Shown here in pieces: positions 38,930 through 50,229 of a stretch of DNA of 64,000 nucleotides. A model generated the notes under the pieces. It made no database searches. It was not told the DNA's origin and worked only from the letters and a program-made list of their open reading frames with translations. The DNA is from Squalus acanthias. Lineage: Eukaryota. The position numbers and the translations under genes were made by a program. Each line of letters opens with the position of its first letter. The first letter of the stretch is position 1. The stretch spans positions 40,178,001 to 40,242,000 of the forward strand of contig CM059432.1 of assembly GCA_030390025.1 (NCBI GenBank), written 5' to 3'.

Positions 38930-40240
38930 AAAGGGCCCTCCTCAAATTCGGCTGCCTTCAAAAGTTTGTCACCATCCTCCGCCTGCTTCACGACGACATG
39001 CAAGCCGTGATCCTGACCAACGGATCCACCACAGACCCAATTCACGTACGGACCGGGGTCAAGCAAGGCTGTGTCATCGCACCAACGCTCTTCTCGATCT
39101 TCCTGGCTGCAATGCTCCATCTCACCCTCAGTAAGCTCCTCGCTGGGGTGGAGCTAATTTACAGAACAAAGGGGAAAGTGTTCAACCTCCGTTGCCTCCA
39201 GTCCAGATCCAAGGTCGTCCCATCCTCTGTCATCGAATTACAGTATGCAGATGACGCTTGCGTCTGCGCACACTCTGAGGTCGAACTCCAAACCATCGTC
39301 AACACCTTCACTGAAGCATACGAGAGCATGGGACTTACACTAAACATCCATAAGACAAAGGTCCTCTACCAACCTGCCCCCGCCACACAGTACTGCCCCC
39401 CGATTATCAAAATCCATGACGAGGCCTTGGACAATGTGGACCACTTTCCATACCTCGGGAGCCTACTGTCAACAAAGGCAGACGTCGATGACAAAGTCCA
39501 ACACCGCCTTCAGTGTGCCAGTGCAGCCTTCGTTCGCCTGAGGAAGAGAGTGTTTGAAGACCAGGACCTCAAACCAGCACCAAGCTCATGGTCTACAGAG
39601 CAGTAGTGATACCCGCCCTCCTTCAGAGACATGGACCATGTACAGCAGGCACCTCAAAGCACTGGAGAGGTACCACCAACGCTGCCTCCGCAAGATCCTG
39701 CAAATCCATTGGCAGGATAGGCGCACCAATGTCAGTGTTCTCGCTCAGGCCAACATCCCCAGCATCGAAGCTTTGACCATGCTCGATCAGCTCTGATGGA
39801 CAGGCCACATCGTCCGCATGCCCGATACGAGACTCCCAAAGCAAGCACTCTACTCGGAGCTCTGACACGGCAATAGAGCCCCAGGTGGGCAGAGGAAACG
39901 CTTCAAGGACACCCTCAAAGCCTCCTTGAAAAAGTGCAACATCCCCACCGACACCTGGGAATCCCTGGCCCAAGACCGCACAAAGTGGAGGAGAAGCATT
40001 TGGGAAGGCGCCGAACACCTCGAGTCTCTTCGCCGGGAGCAAGCGGAAGCCAAGCACAAACAGCGGAAGGAGCGCACATCAACCCAAGCACCTCACCCAC
40101 CCACCCCTTCAACCACCGTCTGCCCCACCTGTTGCAGAGACTGTAGGTCCCACATTGGACTCATCAGTCACCTGAGAACTCATTTTTAGTGTGGAAGCAA
40201 GTCATCCTCGGTTCTGAGAGACTGCCTAAGAAGAAGAAGA
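38930..40240 (+). mobile_element. RTE-clade (BovB-like) LINE, 5'-truncated
   Basis: RTGVKQGCVIAPTLFSIFL, ELQYADDAC, FPYLGS, C-terminal CPTCCRDCRSHIGLISHLRTH; (AAG)n tail; frameshifts and stops. Confidence 0.9.
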
Positions 40241-41010
40241 ATTAAATCTGGGGACCTTACTGTGGGTAAACAGTGAAACACTGTTGGGGCGAATGGGGAT
40301 CAAGGGTACGGAGATTGAGAATTCTCACTGCCCACGGGGAGCTGCACTCCCTGATTTTACATTGCAAGCTTCCAACTGTCAATGCTCATGAGAGAGGAGG
40401 GGAGCAGCGTGCCGCACAGCCGCAATCCCAATCCCTGGGTTCCTCTCGCAGGGTAACAAGCTCCACAAACAACCTCAGGCCTGACGCTCCTATCTCACCT
40501 GTCAACTCCTCGCTCGGGAGTTTGCAGAGTTTGTAGCCGGAGCCCAAGCCCGAAGGTTCAATCAGCAATGAGGGGAACAACAGAAAGATGAGATTTGAGC
40601 AGAGTATCGGCTGTCCTGGCGGCAGGGATTATTTATCTAAATTATTTTGGAGTAACATATTTGTAATCATTTTTTGAAGAGCATGTCACTCCTCCATGTA
40701 TTTTTTTGTTTTAAATGTTTGGAACGATAGTGAGATGGATTGAATATCTTTTTCAAAAATGTAACGTGATGAATGGATTTGTTTTTTTATCTCTTGTGTA
40801 GTCAATCTTAGAAAGTCAAATTAGCCTGGTTCTGGGTTGTTGTCTTGTTCAGTCTAGGTGTAAATTGTTTTTGGAGTAGGTGATAAAAATCTGGATCCCA
40901 CATTTCAGTACATAGCAAGCTGCACACTACACTCCCAGGCTCGTCCGTTTTTTGTTTGATTTGGAGGGGTAAAAAAAGGAAATGGTGAGTTTGTAAAGTA
41001 AGACCATCCA

Positions 41011-41094
41011 CAATATAGAGTTATACAGCACAGAAAGAGGCCCTTCGGCCCATCGTGTCTGTGCCGGCCATCAAGCCCCATCTATTCTAATCCA
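41011..41094 (-). mobile_element. CR1 extreme 3' tail (~85 bp)
   Basis: Minus: GGCTTGATGGCCGGCACAGACACGATGGGCCGAAGGGCCTCTTTCTGTGCTGTATAACTCTAT. Confidence 0.75.
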
Positions 41095-41102
41095 AAGGGG
41101 AG

Positions 41103-41175
41103 TGGAGAATGCGGGCATCGATCCCACTACCTCTCACATGCTAAGCGAGCGCGCTACCATTTGAGCTAATTCCCC
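41103..41175 (-). tRNA. tRNA-Ala(AGC), variant or pseudogene
   Basis: 73 nt GGGGAATTAGCTCAAATGGTAGCGCGCTCGCTTAGCATGTGAGAGGTAGTGGGATCGATGCCCGCATTCTCCA. Anticodon AGC, G3:U70 pair. One D-stem mismatch and two new G-U pairs versus the common vertebrate Ala-AGC; only TTT downstream. Confidence 0.85.
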
Positions 41176-42101
41176 AGTCACATGCTAAACTAAAGTGACT
41201 TGGGCCTAGTAGCCCAATAAGCCCACTCTTTGAAACAGAATCCAGAGAGAGAGATGGAAGCAGAAACCTCAGCAAATAATTAATATACAGAATGCTGTAG
41301 CTGCACTCTAAACTAAACTGAACTAAAAAATTTCTTACCACAGAAGGTAAACTAACTGACTGTAACGACCCGTTTTGGCTCTGTCTTCCTTTTTAAAAAT
41401 GAGCACTACACTGGCTACTCTGCAGTCCTCCAGTACACATTCACACTCAATAGAGCCCTGAAATATAAGTGTTCGGGTCTCTGCAATTTCCTGTCTCAAC
41501 TCCTTCAGGATCCTAGGATGTTTCTTGTCAGGCCCTGGTGCTTTGCTTTCCCTCAGCTTAATGAATTTACCTAAAATTTTCCTTTTATCCATCGTAATAT
41601 TGCTCATCTCACTCTCAACTACTTCAGGACTCATCTCCTCTCCAATATCCTTCTCTTGGTAAATACCGATGCGAAGTATTTATTATATACCTCTGCCATT
41701 TTATGATAATTCTCTACAAATTGACAATCCTCCTCTCAAAGCTCCCACCTCGCTTTTAACAATTCTATTTTTTATTGATATATTTATAAAATACCCTACT
41801 GTTCATTTTGATGGGGGGGTTTTGAATTTTTTTCCTCATTCTCCCTCTTAGCTTCTTTATCCCATTCTTAATCACTTTTATTACTTTCTCATCTTCTCCT
41901 TTAGCTTTTTCAATATTGTTATTCTTGTAGTCCTTGTCTTCAATTTTAATTGGTTTCTAATCTCTTTATGCATGGCCTCCTAAATCTACGAGTAGTTTCC
42001 ATCTTTTTGAATGGAATATACTTATTCTGCACCGTTGCAATTTCTTATTTTAAAGGCATAAGCTCTACAAAGCAAAATACTGCAGATGCTGGAAATCTGA
42101 A

Positions 42102-43080
42102 ATAGAGTCATAGAGTCATAACGGCACAGCAGGAGGCCACTCGGCCCATCGAGTCTGCGTCGGCTCTCCGCAGAGCAATTCAGTCAGTCCCACTCCCCCG
42201 CTCCATCCCCGCAGCCCTGCAAGTCCATTTCCCCCAAGGGCCTATCCAGTCCCCCCCCCAAAAGACATTGCGTGTGTCCGCTTCCACCACTTCCATCGGC
42301 AGCGAGCTCCAGGTCCCTACCACCCGACATGCAAAAAAGTTTTTCCCCACATCCCCCCTGCATCTCTTGCCCAAAACCTTAAATCTGTGTCACCCAGTCC
42401 CCGCACCATCAACCAGCGGGAACAGCCCATCCAAACCCGCCATAATCTTGTACACCTCTATCAAATCACCCCTCAACCTCCTCCGCTCCAATGAAAACAA
42501 ATCCAGCCTCTCCAACCCATCCCTGTAGCCAAGATCCCCCATCCCAGAACCACTCCGGCAAATCTCCTCTGCACCCTCTCAAGGGCCCCCACATCCCTCC
42601 CAAAGCGCGGCGTCCAGAACTGGATGCAACACCCCAGCCGTGGCCCAACCAGTGCTCCACAAAGGCCCAGCACAACCTCCCTACCCCTGCGATCAACACC
42701 TCCATTCATGAAACCCAAGATCCCACACGCTCTGCCAACCACCCTCCCAATATGTCCTGTCACCCCCCACGGACCCACGCACACTAACTCCCAGGTCCCT
42801 CTGTCCCCGCGCATACCCCAAAACCATGCCATCAAATGTACACTGCCTCTCCCTGTTCCCCCCACCAAAATCCATCACCCAACACCTCTCCGCACCAAAC
42901 TCCATCCGCCACCCATCTGCCCACTCTGCCAGCCCCTCTATGCACTGCTGCGGTCGACCGGCACCACCCCCACTGCCCGCCACACCCCCAAGTCCGGTGC
43001 CATCGGCAAACCTAGAAATTCTACTTTGTATTCCAATATCCAGGTCATTTATATATATCAAAAAAAGCAGTGGCCCCAGT
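42102..43080 (-). mobile_element. 5'-truncated CR1 copy with strand-specific A>G hypermutation
   Basis: Colinear with ~12167-13130. RT motif SKFADDTKLGSVANSDDD reads SRFADGTGLGGVAGSGGG. Confidence 0.92.
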
Positions 43081-43167
43081 CAAAAAAAGCAGTGTCCTCT
43101 GATAATAAAAACAGAAAATACTGGAAATACTCAGCAGGTCAGTCAGCATCTGTGGAGAGAGAAACAG

Positions 43168-43204
43168 AATTAACGTTTCAGGTCGGTGACCTTTCGTCAG
43201 AACT
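43168..43204 (-). ncRNA. Minimal hammerhead ribozyme motif (Penelope-associated)
   Basis: Minus: AGTT-CTGACGA-AAGGTCACCGACCT-GAAA-CGTT-AATT. Confidence 0.55.
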
Positions 43205-44749
43205 CGTGAGTTGCTCTACAGTCCTGTGTGCCACATTTCTCCTTCCACCTTACCTCAGCCTCACTCTTTATCTTTCTAATATCTGTCCAATTAGATCTGG
43301 TGCATTTTTTTGTACTGACTAATTCCCTTTCTATTTGAATCTTAAACCTTATCATATTGTGATCACTACTCTCGGGGTGCTCACCCACATTTAGCTCATC
43401 TACCTGATCTATTTGCAAACATACTCATAACCAGATCTAAAAATGCCTCTGCCCTTGTAGGCCTACTAACATACTGCTTGAGGAAGGAGTCATGCACACA
43501 TTTTAGGAATTCTATTCCCTTTTCTTCTTTACTTGCTCTCTGTCTCAATCGATAAGTGGATAATTAAAGTCTCCAGAATAATAATGTTGTAATTCCTACT
43601 CATCTCTCTAATCTGACTACAGATTTCTTCTTCCATTTCCTTTCCATGATTTGGAGATCTATAATACCCCCCACTAATGTATCAAGCCCTTTTTTTATAT
43701 TTGAGCTCCAACCATACTGACTCTGTCACTACCCCTTCCTCGTCAACATCAACCCTCACTATGACATGTATTCCCCCTTTTACCAATATTGCCATTCTGC
43801 CTCCTTTCTTAACATTTTTAATCCCTAAATATATTATATTCTAATATGTTTATTTTCTATTCTTGTCTAGTTTTCTATCAAGCTTAGATTTTCCTGAAAA
43901 ATAATTGCTTCCAGTTCTGCCTAGTTAATTTCCACACTCTGTGCATTACAATACATGCATTTTAACCATTTCTTTCACTTTAAAAAAAAACACTATTCCT
44001 TTTCCCATAACTTTTTGTCTAAGCTATGCATACCTTCACTTCAGCCTTTTCCCCGTTCATTTGATTTTATTCCTCTACTCTATATCCCTCTTGCTAAATT
44101 GTTTTCTTCATATTATCCTCATCCATTTCTCCTTTCTCTATTAGCTAATCCTATTTTTTTTATAGTTTCCCAGCATCCCCCTTCCTAATTTCAAAACCTC
44201 ATCACTTCCCTATTTAACCATTTTGCTCGTACATTAACACCCTGCCTGTTCAGATGTAGCCCATCCTTACAAAGTAGCTCCCATCTGTCCCAGAACTGGT
44301 GCAAATGCCCAACAATGTGGAATCCCTCTTCCTGACACCACTCTTTAGCCATGCATTGATTTCCCTAATCTTCCTGTCCTTCCCTGTTCTAGTGCAAATC
44401 CAGCTCCTAAGCATGTTTCCTAATCTCCTAAACTAATTTTGCAGGATTTCAATCCTGACTTTACGCACATCAATGGCTCTCACATGGACCACCATAACTG
44501 GTTGCTCTCCTTCCCTTTATGGAGCAGGTGCAATAAATATCAGACAAATGTATACTCTAATTATGTATTTTTTTTGAATAGTTTGATCTGGAACCTGTTA
44601 AATATAGCGATAGGCTCCCACACAGCTCAGACATCAAGCAAACTAAAAAAAAAGTCTTGTGAATTGTTGGTCAGTGTTGGTATTCACCATTAAAGGGTAA
44701 GACGACACATGATCAGTGGTGTACATTCAAGGAGTTATTTTACAACTTC

Positions 44750-46280
44750 CAAAAAAAATATATTCCACTGAAAAGAAAAGGGTGTAAAAGAAAGGACAGT
44801 CATCCGTGGCTAAGTAAAGAAATTAAGGATAGTATTCGACTAAAAACAAGGGCATATAAGGTAGCGAAATCTAGTGGGAGGACGGAGGATTGGGAAAACT
44901 TTAAAAGGCAGCAAAAAATAACAAAAAGATTGATTAAGAAAGGGAAGATAGATTATGAAAGTAAATTAGCAAAAAAAATATAAAACAGATAGTAAGAGTT
45001 TTTATAGTTATATAAAAAGAAAAAGGGTGGCTAAAGTAAATGTTGGTCCCTTAGAGGATGAGACCGGGAAATTAATGGTGGGAAATATGGAGATGGCAAA
45101 AACACTGAATGAATATTTTGTATCAGTCTTTACAGTAGAAGACACTAAGAATATCCCAACACTGGACAAACAGGGGCTATAGGGGGAGAGGAGCTAAACA
45201 CGATCAAAATCACTAAGGAAGTGGTACTCGGTAAAATAATGGGACTCAAGGCGGATAAATCACCTCGACCTGATGGCTTACATCCTAGAGTCTTGAAGGA
45301 AGTGGCGGTAGGGATTGTAGATGCATTGGTAATAATTTTTCAAACTCCCTGGATTCCGCTAAGGTCCGGCAGACTGGAAAACTGCTAATGTAACACCCTT
45401 ATTTAAAAAGGGCAGTAGACAGAAGGCTGGTAACTATAGACCGGTTAGCCTAACATCTGTGGTAGGTAAAATTTTGGAGTCCATTATTAAGGAAACAGTA
45501 ACAGGACATTTGGATAATCATAATTTAATAGGACAAAGTCAGCATGGTTTTAACGAAGGGGAAGTCATGTTTGACAAATTTGCTGGAGTTCTTTGAGGAA
45601 GTAACATATAGAGTGGATAAAGGGGAACCAGTGGACGTAGTGTTTTAGACTTCCAAAAGGCATTTGACAAGGTGCCACACAAAAGATTATTGCTTAAGGT
45701 AAAAAATCACGGGATTGGGGTAATATTCTGGCATGGATAGAGGATTGGCTATCTAACAGAAAGCAAAGAGTTGGGATAAATGGTCATTCTCAGACTGGCA
45801 ATCAGTAACTAGTGGTGTTCCACAGGGGTCAGTGCTGGGTCCCCAACTCTTTACAATCTATATTAACGATTTGGAGGAAGGGACCAAGTGTAACATATCA
45901 AAATTTGCAGATGATACAAAGATGGGAGGGAAAGTAGTGAGTGAGGAGGACATAAAAAACCTGCAAGGGGACATAGACAGGCTAAGTAAGTGGGCAGAGA
46001 TTTGGCAGATGGAATACAACACTGGAAAGTGTGAGGTGATGCACTTTGGCAGGAAAAATCCTAGAGCAATTTATTATCTTAATGGCAAGAAACTGGAGAG
46101 TACTGAAGTGCAAAGGGATCTGGGGGTCCTGGTGCACGAAACTCAAAGGTTAGTATGCAGGTGCAGCAAGTGATTAAGAAGGCAAATGGAATGTTGGCTT
46201 TCATTGCTAGGGGGATAGAATATAAAAATAGGGGGTATTGCTTCAGTTGTACAAGGTATTGGTGAGACCGCACCTGGATT
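44750..46280 (+). mobile_element. CR1 LINE ORF2 fragment
   Basis: LGPQLFTIYINDLEEG..SKFADDTKMGG; frameshifted upstream RT. Confidence 0.9.
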
Positions 46281-47373
46281 AGCGTCTTGTTTGCATATTG
46301 TGTCTTGGAACCAATGTATTGATGTGGTAATTGTTATTACTTCATTCTTAATAATGAACCCTTTAATTGCAACATTGTATTTTATCTCTGGCTTGTACAT
46401 ACTAATCGGATGTTTGTATCAAACACTGTTTATTATAGGTTTTTAGTTTTGCAATACTACTGTGTCTAAGATTAGGCATTACTCATATTTGTTTAGCATT
46501 CTCTACCATAGCAAGGCAAACATTTCTTTTCCCTTTGGGCAGCCGTTCCACTGTGAGCAAGGCTAACGTTTTCTCATCAGGAAGCAAAGTGAGAGCACCA
46601 AAAGCAGACAACAGGAAAGAAAATTGAACCTAGAAGGTGAGGCATGGGGGCAAGAAGAAAGACAGAACTTCAGAACAAGGGTGAGATCACGGAAAGAGTA
46701 ATGTAGCTCAGTCTAAGACCCAAAACAGGGATTAGGAACAGACCTTCACAAGAACCTAAGCCAGTATTAACTTTTATTGGTACAATGGATCCATATGGTC
46801 AATATTTTGTACATCCAGGTAAATTAAAAAGGTAATGAGGTTATAATGACATTTAAAAATCTGAGTTAATAAAACATTTTCTTACATTCCGCAAATCAAC
46901 TTATAACACTTAATCACTGGACACTCTATGTTTTGATTCTGCCGTGGGTCAGTTTACTTGTTAATAAAATATTATTTCGTTGGATCGAATTTCTTTATTT
47001 AGATCTGAAAGACTGAAACATTAAATCAAGATAAATGTAATTCCCTATAGTAAAAACACCTCATAAAGGAAAACAAATGCCTTTTAATGTTAAAATGTGG
47101 TCAGTGCTAGTTGGTTTTACAACCAAATTGATAATCGAATCATGATGTCTGTGCTTAACTGCTTTTATCCATGATTACCTACTTGATGACCATAACATAA
47201 GGGATGAAATAATTGGCTGAAAATCATTTTTATTATTTAAAAAGTGAAATTTAATGTGAATCTGTGTGTTAATTACAAAGATGTGTCAATGATGGATTGG
47301 GGTTTGCACAATTTGAAAAACTGTCTCAACATTTGGTTTATACCTTTGTGTTATACTTATACAGTTACTAAAC

Positions 47374-47501
47374 AAAGGGTCATTGACCTGAAACGTTAAC
47401 TCTATGTTTCTCTCTCTACAGATGCTGCCTGACCTGCTGAGAATTTCTGTCATTTTCTGTTTTTATTTCAGATTTCCAGCATCCGCAGTATTTTGCTTTT
47501 G
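47374..47501 (+). mobile_element. Penelope-like terminal fragment (truncated within the ribozyme core)
   Basis: aaagggtcattgacctgaaacgttaactct..gcatccgcagtattttgcttttg; 8-bp duplication TACTAAAC at 47366-47373 and 47502-47509. Confidence 0.75.
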
Positions 47502-47738
47502 TACTAAACTGAGTGCTTGGAGACTAAATGCTAAGTTTTATATTTTTTGGTAAAGTATGTCAGACTGTATTCTTTAGTTGAACAAGCCTTGGAGGCCAAA
47601 TGTAGGAGGATAAGCTAATTTCTTTTGAGCTAGTGATAAAGCAGGAAAATTATAAATTTTAATAAAGTTGTCCTTATAAAACCAAACACAGGGACATTAT
47701 TACAATAATATTGTTCAAGCAAATTTGTAATACATTTA

Positions 47739-48583
47739 GGGGGAAAAATTTGGTTGCTTTGCACCTCCCGTTTGCGCCCTAAGAGGGCGCTAATGGGATG
47801 CAAAGCAACTAGCACCCGGGTGCGGCGAGGTTTGCGCCGCTCGCGAAATTGACCAGACATTTTGCGGCAGCGCTAAACACTACTGCCACGACCTGCGCCC
47901 GCAGATCGTGACGTCAGTCGAGAGTGCATCGCCCCGGTAGCATCCCGGACCGGATATTGAGTGGCGCCCCTGCCTTTCCGCCTGCCGCTAGCAACAACAG
48001 GTTGAGGGGAACGTTTTGCAGTCGGGAAGGGACTGGGGGAGTGCTATTTAAAGGCGACCGCTTCCTGCCTTTTTTTGTCGGTGACATTTTTGCGCCACGC
48101 ATTCTGAGAGAGACTTTTGGAGAGATTCAATGCTGTGTGAAGGAGTTTTGGGTACTGAGCAGCACTTTGCAGGTTCATTTTGATTTGACCTTCCTTGCAT
48201 TGATTTAGAAGAGACTTTGGGGGCTCCACTCTGAGCTCTTTCCCTGGGCTTCTCCATTGTTCTTTCCAGCAGATTTGATGTACAGGTCTCTCCAGGCCGA
48301 GATTCAAGGCTGCAATGAGCAGAGTGTGGATGGAGAGCAAGATCGACCCTCCCCTTTAAGAACTGGCCAGTGTGTCTGTGTCCCATTGCTGACTGACATC
48401 ACATGAGCTTAGCCAGCACTCTGAGGTAGCACCTCGCTCCTCGGCATTAGCGCCTTAAGAGAGGTTTGTAGCGCTTGATTTAGTGCTCCAATCACCTCCA
48501 GGGGCGATAGAAGCCAAGTTTGCAGTCGGAGGCGATAATTAGCGCCAGGCGCCCCAAACGGGGCGATACCGAATTTCTCCCCC
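47739..48583. mobile_element. PIF/Harbinger-type non-autonomous element
   Basis: TIRs GGGGGAAAAATTTGGT / ACCGAATTTCTCCCCC (14/16), flanks TTA/ATA. Confidence 0.8.
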
Positions 48584-48679
48584 ATAGTCTTTAACTTCAA
48601 ATTAGGTTTGCCAACAGTGTGCTCATGCTCATTTTTAGCTGATTAACAGTGCTCTCTGCCCTTATAAACGGAAATACAA

Positions 48680-49180
48680 GAACTAGGGGCTATAAATACA
48701 AGATAGTTACTAATAAATCCAATAGGGAAATTAGGAGAAATTTATTTACTCAAGAGAGTGGTTAGAATGTGGAACTCACTACCACAGGAAGTAGTTGAGG
48801 CAAATAGCTTAGATGTTTTCAAAAGGAAACTAGACAAGTACATGAGAGTAAAAGGAATAGAAAGATATGCTGAAAGGCTGAGATAAGGTAGATAGAATGG
48901 GAGGAGATTTGTGTGGAGTATAAACATCTTAATGTCTCTACTTACCATAGACCACCCCTTTTGTTCTTTTATTCCTCCCCCCAGCCTCCCCCTTGCTTTT
49001 TTATGTTTCATTTCCTGCTTTTTTCTCAGTTCTGAAGAAGGGTTTCGACCTGAAACGTTAACTCTGTTTCTCTCTCCACGGATGTTGCCTGGCCTGCTGA
49101 GTTTTTCCAGCGTTTTCTGTTGTTGTTTCAGCACAGACTAGTTAGCCCAAATGGCCTGTTTCTGTGCTGTATATTCTATA
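48680..49180 (+). mobile_element. CR1 3' end with Penelope-like insertion (~48928-49128)
   Basis: agaaatttatttactcaagagagtggttagaatgtggaactc; tail resumes at cagcacagactagttagcccaaatggcc. Confidence 0.75.
49028..49063 (+). ncRNA. Minimal type I hammerhead ribozyme motif (Penelope-associated)
   Basis: AGTT-CTGAAGA-AGGGTTTCGACCT-GAAA-CGTT-AACT: stem I AGTT/AACT, short stem II, palindromic AACGTT. Confidence 0.65.
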
Positions 49181-50229
49181 TAATTATATGTAAACAAAAA
49201 TGTGTGATTCTATATTGTAGTAAGCAACCTCACATAGACTGATGTAAAAATGTTTTTTGGATTAAAAATCTATAAAGTGTTCTAAAATTAATCAGAATTT
49301 TTAATATAAAATTTGAAATTTTCTAAAGGGGCAGTGGAGGGAATATCCATGGGCCTCCCTAGAGTGCTGCATGGCATAGACTTTGGCAGGAGTGTGTACA
49401 ATTTTAAATGTACTACCTACGCCTCTATTCTTTGCTATAATATAGGTATTCTGTTCCTACATAATAATGTCATTATTATTGGGATTGTAAATGGTAACTT
49501 TTTATCCCTCTCATTTCAAAAAATATTACTGAATAGGGGCCGCGTTGGCCAGGTGAGTTTGTTTAGTATGGTTTATATTGCTGATCATCTATAATGTATT
49601 TGATGGTTTTAGGAATTTGTGTGTAGTTTTATGCACTGTTTGTTTTGCTAAACACATCAGAGAGGCGGCTTTTGTTATTAACTCGATTATCTTCGAGGAA
49701 GGGAAGAGAAAAAAGGCAAAGGAATAGTAGTCTTATACTACTCTACACAATGAAAATAATTAGTATTTTGTCATGTTGCGATGGTACCTGTTGCCGTTTG
49801 CAAAAATTTTCACTTCACCTTCGAAGAGAGGGTATCAAAAGTATGTCGGGCAGGTAGTCTAAGGCCTCAAAATATTTTATAGTATGTTAAAAATGTTATA
49901 TTCCGCGTAGAAACAGAATACACGTCATGGATTTAATGTATAAAAAACAGAATTTATGCTTCCTTTGTTTCCAGTTACATGATATGTTTTGAACGCATTC
50001 TCATGAGACTTCCTTAACGTTATGACGATCCATATTTAAATAATATTTAAATAAAATGTAAACTATTTTCCATAGACAATACAATTATGAATTTTGATCG
50101 CCACCTCCCCTCCAAAAAATGCATTGCCGGAATGATAAGTGTATTTTTTAAATTGCACACATTAAAAAAAATTCAAAACATTTCCAGATAAATGTTACGT
50201 GCAGACTTCCCTGGCAGGGTCAACCGCAA

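Larger units (their letters stand above)
42070..43212 (-). mobile_element. Penelope-like terminal fragment split by the hypermutated CR1
   Basis: aagcaaaatactgcagatgctggaaatctgaaata (42070-42104) resumes at ~43100; 8-bp duplication GCTCTACA at 42062-42069 and 43213-43220. Confidence 0.75.
41340..44400 (-). mobile_element. Old degenerate CR1 hosting nested insertions
   Basis: KAPGPDKKHPRILKEL (41335-41634) and EHPESSDHNMIRF (43197-43418). Confidence 0.7.

Noticed and set aside
42473..43322. Long Pro/His-rich (+) and Gly-rich (-) ORFs of up to 232 aa that look like a novel low-complexity protein
   Set aside because: By-product of the T>C/A>G hypermutation removing stop codons from a CR1 copy; not a host gene.
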